A stretch of 64,000 bases of DNA from Felis catus (Eukaryota), in NCBI RefSeq assembly GCF_018350175.1, contig NC_058376.1, positions 68,510,001 to 68,574,000 of the forward strand, read 5' to 3'. The position numbers were made by a program, and so were the translations under genes. Below, in pieces: positions 37,738 through 51,180 of this stretch (positions within the stretch are counted from its first letter, which is position 1; every line of letters starts with the position of its first letter). The notes beneath the pieces are model-generated. The model searched no databases, was not told where the DNA came from, and was given only the letters and a program-made list of their open reading frames with translations.

Positions 37738-40087
37738 GTAAGTGGGGCGGTTGGCTCAGGGGTGTGTGCCTGGAGGGAGGGTACCCCTTCCCCAGGGCGG
37801 TCCCTGGTCACAGGGCTGTGGCTGGAGCTGGGGAAGAGAAGCAGGAAGGCAAAGGGCCCTTTGTGCTGCCACACTGTGGTTTCTGGGTTGCTTCTAGGTG
37901 AAGATGGGGTCTTTGTGGGGTTAGGATATGGGAGCCAGGAGGACTTGGTGTGACTGTGGCCATGGTGACAGCATTTTAAATAGCGTTTCCCCCTTACTGT
38001 CTATCTGCTGGCTAAGGGTATTTCTCGCCTTGGATGTCAGTTTTGAGAGAGGCCCCACTGCAGGTCTCTCTGAAAATTGAATTGTCAACTGAACACTTAT
38101 TTCAAACATAATTCTGTGTTCGGTGCTGTGAAGCTGCTAGGAAATACTCTCATAGCTTAGATTTGCAGAGTGCTTTGCCATTCATGTGCACTCCCCACAG
38201 ACGCTGCTTCTTGGCGACCTTGTGTGCCTATTTGTAACGTGATAGATCCTTACAACCCAAAGTATCCCTCACCTGGACCCCCATCGTACTAGGCGTGTGG
38301 CTTGGGCATGACCTTGACTGGTGTGTTGAATGGGGAGTCTGTCCCCCCCACCCCTTCCCGTCACGGGAGCAGGGGAGGGGGTCGCCTCTCCTGGCAGCCT
38401 CCTCGGGCCATCCCCAGCTGAGCACTTACCCTGCTTGCTCTGGCTCTACCTGTTATCAGTCTGGCACTTACCAGTCACTGCCGATGTATGGCTCTTTGTG
38501 CATAATTCTTGGAATAATAACCAGCTAACATTTTTTGGGCTCTACTTTGTGACTGACCCTGTTCTAAAGACTTCCTATGGATTCTCATGTAATCCTCAGA
38601 ACTGCCTTGTAAGGACGACATTATTGTTAGCCTTATTTAATGAAAAAGGTAGCAGTGCAAAGCCATAAAGAGCTTGTCCAGGCTCCTGCAGGTGACAGGT
38701 AGCAGGGCCAGGCTTGCCCCTGGGCAACAGCAGCTCCCCTGAGTTTTGGCTGGAGCCCTCTACCCCTTCCCCAGTTGCCAGCATGGTGGGTCTTCATTGA
38801 CATCATTCCCTGAGGGGCAAAAGGTTAAGTAATTAGTTATCCGAAGATACGGAGGTTGAAAATGTGTATTTTCAGAATGGGAAAGGAGGATGAATTTTGT
38901 ACCCTCCCCCGCCAAAAAACAACAAACTGTCAGATTCTAACGGTTGAATCTCTGTCTTCTGTTGTCAGTCCCCAGGAGATAAAACACAGCGGAAGCATCG
39001 TGTTTGCATAGCATCTTTTGTTTCTTGGAAGCATTTCCACATGTCTGTCCCCATCTATCACTCATTTCCAGCCCCTGCCCGGGAAGGTGGCCCCCCATTC
39101 TTGTGTATTCATTGTCTTAACCTGGGCCTTCACTCCCCTGGTTTCTTTTGTCATTTGATAATAAGCATGTCCTCTCTTCCAGCCAGACACATCTCACTCT
39201 GCTTTGGGAGAAGGTTTCAACAAATAGCCATCTCTTTTGTCACCAGAGCATAAAATCTGTCTGCTTCCCTCCCCCTTCTCTAACCTTTTCTGGTTTCAAA
39301 ATATACTCCTATCTTTTTGGAAGGATAAGGTTTAGTTTTCTTTTAAATAGTGTTCAGACTTGCTTGCTAACCCTGCACAAGGGGAGCACGTCAGTGGAAT
39401 TTCTGAGACAGGTGATTAGCTCCCCACTGGAGCCTGGCAGTTTGTTCTCCACCCCACCCCCCTCTGCCCACCGCCATCCCACCTCCTCCACCACACTGTG
39501 CTCTGGACAGAGACCTGGAGGCAGTCCTGGGCTGGTGCCTCCCCACTTCCCATCTCCTCCTTCCTCCCTCTCCTCACCCCACATGGGAACTTGGAAAGGA
39601 AACCTTGTTAGCAGCCCCTGGTCCAGCCCTGGTCTCCAGGCTCTTTGAGAAGGTTAGTAGGGTGATTCCAGGGAGGGGGCGTGCAGCATCGGGGTCTCCC
39701 TGAGCAGCCCTGCCCAGCTGCCCAACCCCCCATGATCACTGTGTCAGAGGCACTCATGGGGGCAGCTCCTCCGAAGGCATGGCTGTAGCCCACCCCACCC
39801 CAGCATAGCAAGGGTAGGTCCTAAAGGACCCCGCAGTGAGCTGCCTCCTCTCACACCCCAGCACAAGCTAGCAATATCACTGTTTTTTAATTTTTTAAAA
39901 TGTTTCCTGATTTTAGGACTCTCCAAGTGAGACACGTTATTATAGAAAAACTTAAAAATATATTTAAACAAAAGGAAAGGAAGGCCCTTCCATCACCCCA
40001 CTGTAAGATTATGTGTTGTGATGTTTTTGTGAATTTCCCCCTACAGGTACCCAGGTCTGTGTGTGATTTTTCCCTGTGCCAGATGTT

Positions 40088-40318
40088 ATTTTTCTTAAAT
40101 TTTTTTAATGTTTTATTTATTTTTGAGAGAGAGACAGAGAGACAGAGTGTGAGTGGGAGAAGGGCAGAGAGAGAGGGAGACACAGAATCCGAAGCAGCCT
40201 CCAGGCTCTGAGCTGTCAGCATGGAGCCTGACATGGGACTTGAAGTCACAGACTACAAGATCATGACCTGGGCTGAAGTCGGACACTTAACTGACTGAGC
40301 CACCCAGGTGTGCCCCCC
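40088..40318 (-). mobile_element. Can-SINE
   Basis: full antisense SINE; flanks gtgccagatgtt / gtgccaggtgtt. Confidence 0.93.
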
Positions 40319-41369
40319 TCCCCCTGCCGTGCCAGGTGTTTCATGTCTTTACCGGTTTTGTCCTACGTCTTGGTGGATAGCAGTGTTCTCACATTTCCTG
40401 CTTCCTTGCACCTCTTCCCTGGGCCTCCCTGTTGGTTGCTCAGGGCTTATGTGTGGCCAAGTGTAGAAGAATGAGAATGGATCTGGCCTTGTTAATTCTC
40501 TGGATGACTTTCAGAAGACCAGGAGAGAGGAATCCAGATCTCCTTCCCACCGCCCCCAACGAGTGGCTAGCCACTGGGCACTGAGTGAGGCCAGGTGAAG
40601 ACCTTGGGGTCTGAGTGTGCAAGGGCCCCAGCGTGGGTGTGTTTATCATGGCAGGTGGGACCCCTTTGGGCCCCCACTGGCTATGTTTCTCATTCTCCTC
40701 TCTGTAGGTTTCATGCTGCTGAGTGGGTTGGCACATAGAGGGTATATACATGGCAGTCCATTTTGACTTAGCCACCTGTTTCTGCCTGTGTATTTTTATC
40801 CCAACCAGCAGTGAACTGAAAGTAATCACAAAGTTTTCTTGACTTCTGATGCTTATTGCATCTTCTCACCTGTGGCATGGGCACCTACCTCAGATAAGGA
40901 TCTGATTTGTGTGAATTTCCCAGTCTGGAGAGCCCAGGAAATCAGAGTCGCAGGATGGGAAGGGAATAGAAACATCAGTGAATCTGCCCTTAGAGTTTCC
41001 CTTGTAATGTTTGTATTACCTCTAGAACAGATATGGTTACCTACCTCAGTCCCACTCGAACGCCTCAGAGAACAGGGCCTTGCCTCATGTTGAGGTCGCC
41101 CACTCATGTTTGAATGATTTCTATGATTTCAGTTATGAAGGATATGTAGGAACATTTGGGTAGTACTTTATAAATTTATAAAATATCTTACTCTGGAACA
41201 TTATCTGTCTAGATGTACCTGAGAGGTAAGGAAAGGCCTCCAAATACTTTGTCTTGTAGGTGTCTGAGGTCAGGTTGGTGGCTTAAGCTGCAGAGCTGGT
41301 AAATGGAGGAAATAGGACTCAAACGCAGCTCTTCTGGCTCCCAGCATGGCTCTCTTTCCCTCCCATCTC

Positions 41370-41565
41370 TTGTAGGTAGAAGGTTCTTCTGTTGACTGAA
41401 GGTTCTTTCTCTGGAGCTTCTACTTGTTGGTTCTCCCCTTCGGAGCCATAGAAAATAAACGTTACTTTCTCTTTCTGATGCAGTGTGAAATATTTGAAGA
41501 TAGCTATTGTGTTCCCCACGTCCTCTCCATATTAAACACACAGTTCCTTCAACCATTCTTCTCTC
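41370..41565 (-). mobile_element. CR1/L3 ORF2 3' fragment
   Basis: minus-strand GNTIAIFKYF...EKVTFIFYGSEG resembles the CR1 ORF2 tail (GDMIAVFKYL...LFSVAPEG). Confidence 0.6.
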
Positions 41566-42249
41566 ATTCCATCATTTATTCAAAACGCATCTCCTGGGTG
41601 TGTGCATCATTAAGTGTGGGAGGTACAGTGGTAAGTGGGAGCCCCAGTCTTCAAGGAGAGAGATGTAAAAGGCATAATTCAGCCATTGCGTTTGGCCTCA
41701 GACTTCTGCTCAATCCTTCTCTGTCTAGTGAGTACTCTTGCCACTGTGCCCAGCTCTGGCAATCCTCTCCAGAGAGTCAGCTGTTGTCTACTGGGTGGGA
41801 GAGGGGTGTTCACCTGGCTGCTAGTCTGAGGGCCAGGATCTGAGGGCCTGGCTTTCAGGCTTTCCATGTGCCCTTGTTTCTAGCCCCAGCCACAGCCCTG
41901 CTTCAAGGGGTGGTGCCTCGGGGTCCTTAAGCACCTTTGCTATGGGTGTGGTTGTCCCCCGCCCCCTGACCGCACCCAGCACCTCAGGTCTCTGCCTTCT
42001 GTTTTGCTAGGTCCGTTTCCTAGCTTCTAAAATTGCACTGACCTCTTTTTCTATCTTCGCCGTTGTATTCTTTCCTGTTCTTTTTGCTTCTGTGGGTTCT
42101 TACTTTCTTCTTTTTAAGTCTTGTACTATTACTGTGGTGGTTTTAGAGTGTGTTCTCTGTGCTTAACTAGAAGTTTCTCAGGCACTTTCATACATTTGTA
42201 CAGCAGCTAAGCCATGTCTTTTCCATTCTGTGCTGTCACAAGATGTTTA

Positions 42250-42740
42250 AAAGTTATTTTCATTTTTAATAGATTCCATTCACGTAATAAAAATGATTCT
42301 TTAAAAAGATACTTAAAAATCCTACATTGACAGGTCTTGCTTCCATGTGTTTCCTTCATCCTGTTCCCCACCCCCCAACCCCCTAGAGGCAACGACTTTG
42401 ATTAGTTTCTTTATGCAGATACAAGCAAATGCAGATTACTAATTTTTTTTATCTCTCCCTATTTTATGCAAAAATTAGTACATTATGGCCTGTTCGGTAC
42501 GTCCCCGTGGTCTATCCACGTCCATGCATAGAGAGCTTTTTGTTCTTCATCATGCTGAACCCCCATAGTGTGGACGGACCGCAGTTTATGTAACCATTTC
42601 CTACCAACTAACACAGGTTGTTTCTAGTCTTTGCCATGACAGACCATCCTACAACAAATACCTCAAACATACATAGTTTTGCCTGTGTGCAGGTGTACTG
42701 GAAAGATAAATTCCCTAAAGTGGAATTAGTGGTATTTTGA
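42250..42740 (-). mobile_element. Ancient L1ME-like 3' fragment
   Basis: cacaggttgtttctagtctttgcc...gataaattccctaaagtggaatt; boundaries approximate. Confidence 0.6.
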
Positions 42741-44093
42741 GTCCAAGTATGGGAGCCTAGGTCTCCTGGTGTCGGTCTAGGACCGTCGTCTGGCTAGCGA
42801 CCCATTCTAAAGCTTGATTTTGCCACCAGCCGCATCTGACACTGGCCGTGCGTGGGCTGGAAGTGGTTTGCCCTCTTACTGCTATTTCCCATTGCTTGGG
42901 TTCAGGGTGGCTGAGGCCAGAAGGGAGGGCTTCTGAAGGTGACATCAAACCCAGGCCCTCTGTGGGTGGGGAGTGGCAGGTTCCGCTCTGCTAGTCACAC
43001 GGCGGGGTCGGCAGATCCCATTGTGTCAGCCACATTTTGTCTCATTATCTCTAGTTCTGGCTGCTGGGACCGTACACCTTTTCTCTACTGTAGGCTCTCA
43101 AAGGCAGGAAACGATGGTTGTCTTTTCACATTTGTCATCCTAAAGGGTTTTTTCAAGCGGCAATTAAGGTGCTCTGGCAAAGGTGCGTGTGGCAGCAAAC
43201 CAGCCGGAGCTCTGTGTCACCAGCAGTCTTGTCTTCAACTCTGGAGCAACAGAGGGCTCCTGCAGCCTCTCCCCAGAACGTCTGGTGATGCAGATACCAG
43301 CATGCGGTCATCCCAGGTGGAAGCAGGCTCCTGGGAGGTTAGACAGCTTCCCCAGGTTTTCAGCTAGCAGGTGGGGAGGAGGGATCTGGACTGACCTCCA
43401 AGCCTGACTTCCTGCTCCAGCGCTCTTCCTCTGAGAGAACTAGATAACTTCCTTCCAGTTATCCAGTTGTCTCTAGGAAGGATTAGTGATATAGTGTAGA
43501 TGCCGTCAAGGTTAGGGTGTCCCTGATCTTGTTTCCCTTGGCCTCACTCTTCCTCATCACAACCTTCCTCCCATGCTGGTCAGTGAACACCTCGCACCAC
43601 CCATGTGGCAGCCTCCCTTTCCCAGCCCCTTCCTCAGCCCAAATTTGGTCTTTCTCATACACTTGGCCTCTCTCTTTCCTCCATACCACTGCACATACCC
43701 TGCCCCCCCGTTCTTTCCTCTCCCCACTCTCTGCCCTTCCTGTGGGGAGCTACCAAGCACAACAGAGAGCTTTTCCAAAGGTCACTTTTTTGTTGCTATT
43801 TATTCTTGCCAGTTTGCTGAAAGTTTGAAAGAGCTTGAGATGCTATCAAACCCCCAGATTCTTGGGAGGAAGTGGGGTTTCTTGAATTGCCTAGGGAGCT
43901 CTGGCTGAAAGCCATTATTTATAAGAAGACATCAGCTCTGCACTTCTGGGGCTCTCAGGGGAAGGCAGGGTGGGCAGGGCCAGATCGCTCACCCCTGGCT
44001 TCTCCACTGAGGGGTTTCTGGTGAGCCCTTGCAGCAGGCCATATGAGCCAGTGGGAGCTTTCACCAGGGGGCTGGATTTCGTAAGGGCTGCTC

Positions 44094-44297
44094 NNNNNNN
44101 NNNNNNNNNNNNNNNNNNNNNNNNNNNNNNNNNNNNNNNNNNNNNNNNNNNNNNNNNNNNNNNNNNNNNNNNNNNNNNNNNNNNNNNNNNNNNNNNNNNN
44201 NNNNNNNNNNNNNNNNNNNNNNNNNNNNNNNNNNNNNNNNNNNNNNNNNNNNNNNNNNNNNNNNNNNNNNNNNNNNNNNNNNNNNNNNNNNNNNNNN
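44094..44297. other. Assembly gap (204 N), probable location of PDIA5 exon 11
   Basis: Only N run between exons 10 and 12; exon-11 peptide not found in called bases; exon 10 and exon 12 phases are incompatible. Confidence 0.75.
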
Positions 44298-45127
44298 CAC
44301 AGCCTTTCCTCTCTCAGCATAGGACAGGCACTGCTCTGGGACACGAGTCCAGTGAGCACTGGCCTGTTGGATGCCTCCTCTATGCCAGGATGCACTGGTG
44401 CCAGGCAAGGTTCCCCGCCCCCACGGCACACACAGCCCACCCTGCATCACCATTGGAACAGTACCCATGTCCTCATCGGGCCCCGGTGTTCCTCACCTCA
44501 ACCTAGTGGGCCTGAGTACGTTCCCCTAAGTCAGCATAAGTTGGGAAATGCAAATAAATTTCCCAGAATTGGAGGAATTAGGACTGGAGGGGTCCTGAGA
44601 TACTACCCAGTAATCACCTCTAATCTAGGTGGGGGAAATTGAGGCCCCAACAGAGCCTGTATCTTGCCCAGCAGCTGAGACGGCCCAGCGAGGCCAGGTC
44701 TGGAGCCTCAGATCCCCCAGCATGTAAAGTGCCTTCCTTCTGCTTCACCTGAAAGTTTCATGCCCTGAAGTGGCCACAGTGGATCAAGGAAGGGAAATGT
44801 GTGAGTGCTGTAAAAGGTGTCTGCAATAATGACTGGGAGGCCTCAGGATGTCCTCCCCATCCTCTTGGAGAATGGAGAAATTGATTACAATTTGTTTCCA
44901 AGAGGGAGAAGGTTGCACCTGGAGGGGTGAGCAAGGGGATGACAGCCCTGGGACACAGAGTTCCTAGGAAAGTCAGGCCCACTGCCATGGGTGCCCAGGG
45001 TCCTCGGCACCCTGGGACAGATGGGAGGCGGGGCATGCCCTTCTCTTAGAGCTTCTGGCCAGCTCTTTGGTCCAGTGATGGCAGGAAAGAGATTGTGAAG
45101 AAAAACAAGCAAGAAATAACCACTTTG

Positions 45128-45350
45128 GGTTTATTTTATTTTAGTTTTTAAAGTTTATTTGTTTATTTTGAGAGAGACAGCACGAGCAGGGGAGGGGCAG
45201 AGAGAGAGGGAGACAGAGAATCCCAAGCAGGCTCCGTACTATCAGCATGGAGCCTGACATGGGGCTCGAACCCATGAAACCATGAGATCATGACGTGAGC
45301 CAAAACCAAGGGTTGGATGCTTCACCGACTGAGCCACCCAGACACCCCTA
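45128..45350 (-). mobile_element. Can-SINE
   Basis: TSD aaataac(c/t)actttg at 45114-45127 and 45352-45365. Confidence 0.93.
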
Positions 45351-46312
45351 TAAATAACTACTTTGTAGATTAGTGCCATAAACCGTCCTGTCCACAGAGG
45401 CATATTCAGTGAGGAGAATGCAGTATTAATCGTCGCATGTGTAGGGATCTTTATGCTAACAGCTGTGTATCACCCTGTGGTGATAAAGTGGCTCCCCCTA
45501 GGGTCACCTTTCACCTTACCCACAGCGCCAAAAGGCAAGTATGATTAGCCCCATTTTACAGACAAGGAGACTGTCTCACAGAGAAATGGCACAAATTGTA
45601 CATTGCTGTATAAGTCCTATACTGCTGAGCCCTGGTCTCCCCACTCTCCCCTTTCTCTGCTGTATCGCATGGGTTTGGTTAGTTGGGAGCTGTTCACAAG
45701 CAGATCACCATTGGGGATTTCCTCAGCTCCTTTCTTTCTAATAAGTGCCAGATTTTTAAGAGAATCCAAAGGAAAGTATTCCTATACCCTTTTTTCTGAA
45801 TTTCTAGAAAACTGACAAAACACGCAAACAACTAAGTTTCAAAGAGCTTCCTGCTTAAGGGTGATGATGGGGCCTTGGGAGCATTTCACCCCCAGCCCTG
45901 CCAGGGCCTTAGTGAGCGTGTCCCTGTGGTTGGCAGGAACCGAAAAGCTGCCTGCCAGTGAGCCCTGCAGCGTCTTCCTGGCTGAGATGTGCTCTCCCCA
46001 CCCATGTCAGAGCTGCCGATGGAAGCCAGTCTGGCAGCAAGTTACATTGCGTCTAGAATTGGGATCACACCGCCTGCATCCCTGTCCCAGCAGTACTGGC
46101 TGACTGTGATCAGTTCCTCCCTGGGAATGTCACCCCTGCGTGTCGGTCCTTGCAGCCTGCATCAAGAGAGCCTACCCAGCTCCTGACACAGTACAGAATG
46201 GTGTGAGCAGTGATTTGTGGTTTATGCATCTCAGCGTGAAGAGTATGGACCCCTTTGATGAATCCTGTATATTATTCCAAAACAATATGTACCAGATACA
46301 TTGGAATTGTTT

Positions 46313-46478
46313 TGTTTTGTTTTTTGAGAAGGGGGGTACAAGTGAGTGAGGGGCAGAGAGAGGGGGAGAGAGAAAGAAGCGGGGCTCACCTGAAGCAGGG
46401 CTCGAGCTCACGAACCACGAGATCATGACCTGAGCCGAAGTCAAGTGCTTAACCCACTGAGCCTCACAGGCGCCCCAT
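46313..46478 (-). mobile_element. Can-SINE, shorter variant
   Basis: TSD attggaattgttt at 46300-46312 and 46479-46491; ends ...cacaggcgcccc. Confidence 0.9.
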
Positions 46479-49309
46479 ATTGGAATTGTTTAATAATTGT
46501 TTATTAAGCCGTTTCTTTTTCAGAACCTGGGTTGCACACTGGGTAATTTTTGTCTGTGTTCTTTCTTGTAGTCTTTGGTTGTGAGCAGTCTATTGTAGTA
46601 GCTGATGCTTACAGGGTCTGGGGCCTGGAACCTGTCTGTCCCTTACCCTCTTCCCTCCCTGAACCAGAAGGATCTTGTTCATTACTTCACCCCTCCCCCA
46701 CCCAAGGTCATCTGTGGGCATGGAATAAGGGCTTAAAGAATGAGAAAACAAACTAATAAAGTTGTTTAGAGCTAAATTAGAGAGCCAGAAACCAGATGGC
46801 TCTTGTTTTCCCCATTAGTCATTGTTATTAATAAATATTTTGAAAGCCACCTCGCTCTGTGTAGAGCCCTGTTGAGGGGGCTCTGATTTCAAACTTAGCA
46901 AACGGGAGACATCTGTGGCTTCTGCTGGTGGGTGTCTGCCTGTGAGGGCCCCTGCGTTCCCAGACGAAGTACCTGCTAGCCCCCTGGCTGTGCACGTGTG
47001 TATGTGTGTGGGTTTATTTCTGCTGGACCAGCAGTGATAGGGATCAGGGCAATAGCATGAGGGGAAACTTCCTGATGAGCTGCCTGTTAATGTTCCCGTC
47101 AGAGGGGAATGGCTTCCCATTGGATAATCTCTCTGCACAGTACTTCCATATCCAGGAGCATGGTCTGTCATCTGAGAAGGGAGGGAATGCACGCAGTTTT
47201 GAGGGAATTCGGAACCCAAGAGGGGAGAGCCGCAAGCACCGAACTTTTGGCTGCCTAGCTGTGCGTCTGATGCTGGAGTGCTCCCCATAACCTGCAGTGC
47301 TTGGGAAACCACTTTTGTGGCATTTGACCTGGGGAAAAGGACAAACGGCAGGAGGCCAGAGACTGGCAGTGCTGTCCTAGTTTTCCCAAGTGCATAAAAG
47401 GTGAATGCTGGAAATCAGTAGTATTACAGGCTTCCATCCCAGAGCAAACAGGAAGTAGTTTAGAAGCAGACCGTTTGGAGACTTAGAAGAACAAGTTGGG
47501 ATCTTTCAACACAGGAGACCATAGTTTCTACTAAGGATTGCTGGATGTGCTTGATTTGTCTCTTAGGACATGATTACTGAGTTCGTGAATTAGCACGTCT
47601 TTCTTTTATCAAAAGCAAATCTCTGTTTTCCTGACTGTATGGATAAGAGGGGCGGGATGGGGCCGCCCTGACAGGAGCACCTCCTTGGTGCTGAATGAAT
47701 GTGAGTCAGGCCTGGCTCTGTCTAGAGGGTGGTACTTGTTTTTTATTCAACAGTTTTGTTAACACTCTAAAAAACAAGGCATACTTCTAAATCTGCAAGG
47801 GTTAGAGCTGGAAAAAGGATAGCTAGCTAAAATACTGAACAATTGCATTTAAGATTTTTAAAGATGCCAATAGTCTGAAATAGGGCTCAAACTAAAAAGC
47901 TGAATTTGTTTTTCTGACTTCCTGGTAATTAAAAAGGGATGCATGTACATTTTATAAAGGGATAATGTAGGAAAATATAGAGAAGAAAATTAACCTTCCT
48001 GACACTGACTCCCAGAAAGAGTCATGGTCCCTCTTTGCAGTGTTATTTCTATGCACAGAGTGTGTGCTTGCTCAATGTCAGATGCTTCCCGGTTCCACTC
48101 TGAAAGGCCAGGAAGAGAAAGGATCTTCAGCTTTCCACCTGACTGATGCCTGCCCCAGGTGGGTGCTCCCTGGCATCTGTACGTTCCAGAAGCAAATCAC
48201 TTGGTTCTGTGCTTGAACTTTCACAGGGTACCTATGGAGCTGACCCCCTGGATTCTTGGCAGGAAAAGCCCCTGTTGTTGCCTATTATCAAACCTCCAGT
48301 GGCCTCCTGCTTCTTTACCGTCTTTTCCAGCTTTCTTGCCACTTACTTTCCACCTCAGCCTCTCCTCTTGCCTTATTACCTTCTTTCCCTCACCCTTGCC
48401 TTCTAGCTGGAGTGGGTTAGAAACCTCACACAGATCCTTCTGCAGCCTCTACATCTGATGCCTGAGTCATCACTGAGCAAATAAGCACAGGCGCTCAGCA
48501 CAGTGCAGGGCCCCCCACGTACGTTAGCTCCAGTCCTGGCCCAGATCACACCGAGGGAACGACAGGGGCTGAGATTTACAAGCAGGTTTGCTCCGTGGAC
48601 CTCGCCTTCCGGAATTGGGATGAGCCTCCTGGGGAGGACAGTCTGAGTGTGAGCAGTGGGCTCTGAGAGGAGGGTGTGTGCTGTGCAGTGTAGGGATAGA
48701 GTGGGGGCCTCACTCGTAGCCCTGGGGCAACCCTCCATGGCTCAGCGCTTCCCCCTTTGCATCCATCTGGCCTTCAGTGTGGGGCCTGGCATGGACGAGG
48801 GAGGCTGCAGCACCAGGCCCAGCTCTCTGACCCCGCAGAGGACAGTGTCCAAAAAGGGTGTGGTGGCCGAACACAGACTACTGCCGCTCCTGGAGCCTTT
48901 TGTTTCTTTCTGCAACTTCCTGAAGGAGAAAAGTCAGAATGCATTGTCCTCATCTTCTTGTCACTGTGTGTTTGGCTGCAGGAACACCCACCTGCTCCCC
49001 CCGTCTGTGTGCCTGCAGCCCTGCATTGGGCCACGGAAGGACACTACCTGAGGGAGCGTCACCTACGTGGGGCTGGTAGAAGGAACAAAGGAGGGCTCAC
49101 AGGGAGGGTGTCCCCGAGAAGCAGCTTGTCCCCCCCATGCACCCCTGCGCATCCACCTGCATTCCGGGGCAACAGGTCCAGGGGTTTTCTTGGAAACGTG
49201 TGCTGGAGGCTGCTGGGCCTGGCCTGCCTTCCAGGAGCTGGGCTGTCTCCCTCGGCTCGGTAGCAGAGCCCTGTCAGACTCCAGATTTTCTGCTTCTTAC
49301 TTTCTGTCT

Positions 49310-51180
49310 TATTCTCAATTAATATGATCTTCGTATAAAACCTAGAAGGTACAGAGAAGTATAAATGATCAAGGTGGAAAAAAACCACCTACAATCCCGT
49401 TATCCAGAAGCAACCACTTGTCACTTTTTGGCATCATTCTTTCTAGTTTATTCCCCCCCCCCTTTTTTTTTTAATTTTTTCAATCAACATATAGGTAAAT
49501 AGAGTTTTTTTTCTGACATGTGTGGATTTGTGTAACTGTCATGCCATAAAAGTCCTTCATGCTATCACTTTTATTTTTAATTGCACAAAGAACATAAGGA
49601 TAATATTAACGTGTTTATTATTGACAGCGCAAGGTTCAAGGGATATAGAAGAATCTAGTATGAACAGTGAAGTCCCCACTCCCTCCCCTGAGCCCCTACT
49701 GGGGTTGACCATTGCTACCAGTTGGAACATCTTTCTCCTCCTTTTGTGCTTCTACCTAAATATCAGTGTTTTGAGTTTAGGTTTTTTATGTTAATAGTAT
49801 CATTTCCTGTCTTCTTCTGTGGCTTGCTTTTTTTCACTTACCAGTGGGTCTTGAAGAAGTTTTTGTGTACATGTAGATGTTGGCATATAAATCTACCTCG
49901 ATCTTTCCAACCATTGAATAGTATTTAATAATTGAGATACAGATTTTAAACCATTCCCTAGTGATAGACATTGGCCACCAGTCTTTGATTAGTCAAACAG
50001 TGCAGTGAACATTTGTAAGCATTTGTATTCGGGAACATGTCTAAATATTCGTGACTCACTCCTGAAACTGAAGTTCTGGACCACAGGATGAGTGTGCTTG
50101 AGCTTTGATAGATACTGCCAGCTTCCCTCCAGAAAGTCTTTGCCACACCTGGCAGTGTGTGACAGCCTGCATCCTTGCCAGCCACGGATACCGTCCGCCT
50201 TCTCAATTCCTGCCAAACTGGGCAAAAGGGCAACTTGCCCACAGCTCCTTGGCCTCTGGAGAAATTGAGCATCCTTTCATGTGCTAGTCAGCCTTCCGTA
50301 GTTCTTCTGTGAACCACTTATTCGTATCCTTTGCCCATTTTTCTGCTGGTTTTTTTTCTTCTCGAGCTGGAACTCTATACTAATCGATAGTAATCTTGAT
50401 ATGTTTTCTCACACGAGCCACGTGTTCTCTTTGTAGTCTGTTACTAGCTCTAACTTTATGGTGCCTTTCATTGTACAAAAGCTTCCTTTTTTGTAGTCAA
50501 ATAGTTAAGTAGAATATTTATGGAGCACTTACCATGGTTCAGGCATTTGTTCTAAGCAGTTTGTATCTACTAACTCATTTGATATTCACAACAGATCTTA
50601 AGAAGTAGATATCATGATTTTCCCTAATTTATAGGTTGGGACAGAAAGGCACCAGAAGGTTGAGAAACTGGCCAAAGGTCACTTAGCCAAAAAGATAGAG
50701 GCAGGATTAAAACCTGAGCCTTCTGCAAGCCTGTCTTTCCCCATCTTGACCTCTGGGATTCATGGCTTGCCTGGGAAATCCATCCCTAGGTTATAAAACC
50801 AGTGCCCTGCATTTTGTTCTAATATTTTTGTTTTTTCATCTTGTTCTTTAATTCCTCTGTATTCTTCATCTTGTTGTACCAGATGGGAAGAAAGGATTTA
50901 ATTTTATTTAAGTCCTTTTTTTCCATGCATGTTTTTCCTTTACATCTTTCTTAAAATTATCTTGTGTTTTCTTATGTTATTAAAAATTCTTTTTTGTACA
51001 TGCTTTTTGTGGTCACATAATATTCCATTGTATAATGGCACCATAAATTACTTAGCCAGCACCGTAATGTTGCAGGTTCGAGTTGTTTACCGTATTTCCC
51101 CATGATAAATCACACTGCAGAGAACAGTTTCATGCATAAATATTTGTCCACATGTCAGATTATTTCCTTAGGATAGAAGC
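49310..51180 (-). mobile_element. Cluster of ancient L1ME-like fragments with an internal MIR (~50505-50720)
   Basis: gagcatcctttcatgtgctagtcagcc...tcctttgcccatttttct and tattccattgtataatggcaccata; MIR-like actcatttgatattcacaac; boundaries approximate. Confidence 0.6.

Noticed and set aside
47293-47396. Inverted cttgggaaa / tttcccaag as a possible pre-miRNA
   Set aside because: Only about 9 bp of stem with a poorly paired interior; not supportable.
48770-48840. MDEGG in ORF 48656-49051, resembling the ADEGG of missing exon 11
   Set aside because: Similarity is limited to four residues; flanking codons and splice sites do not fit.
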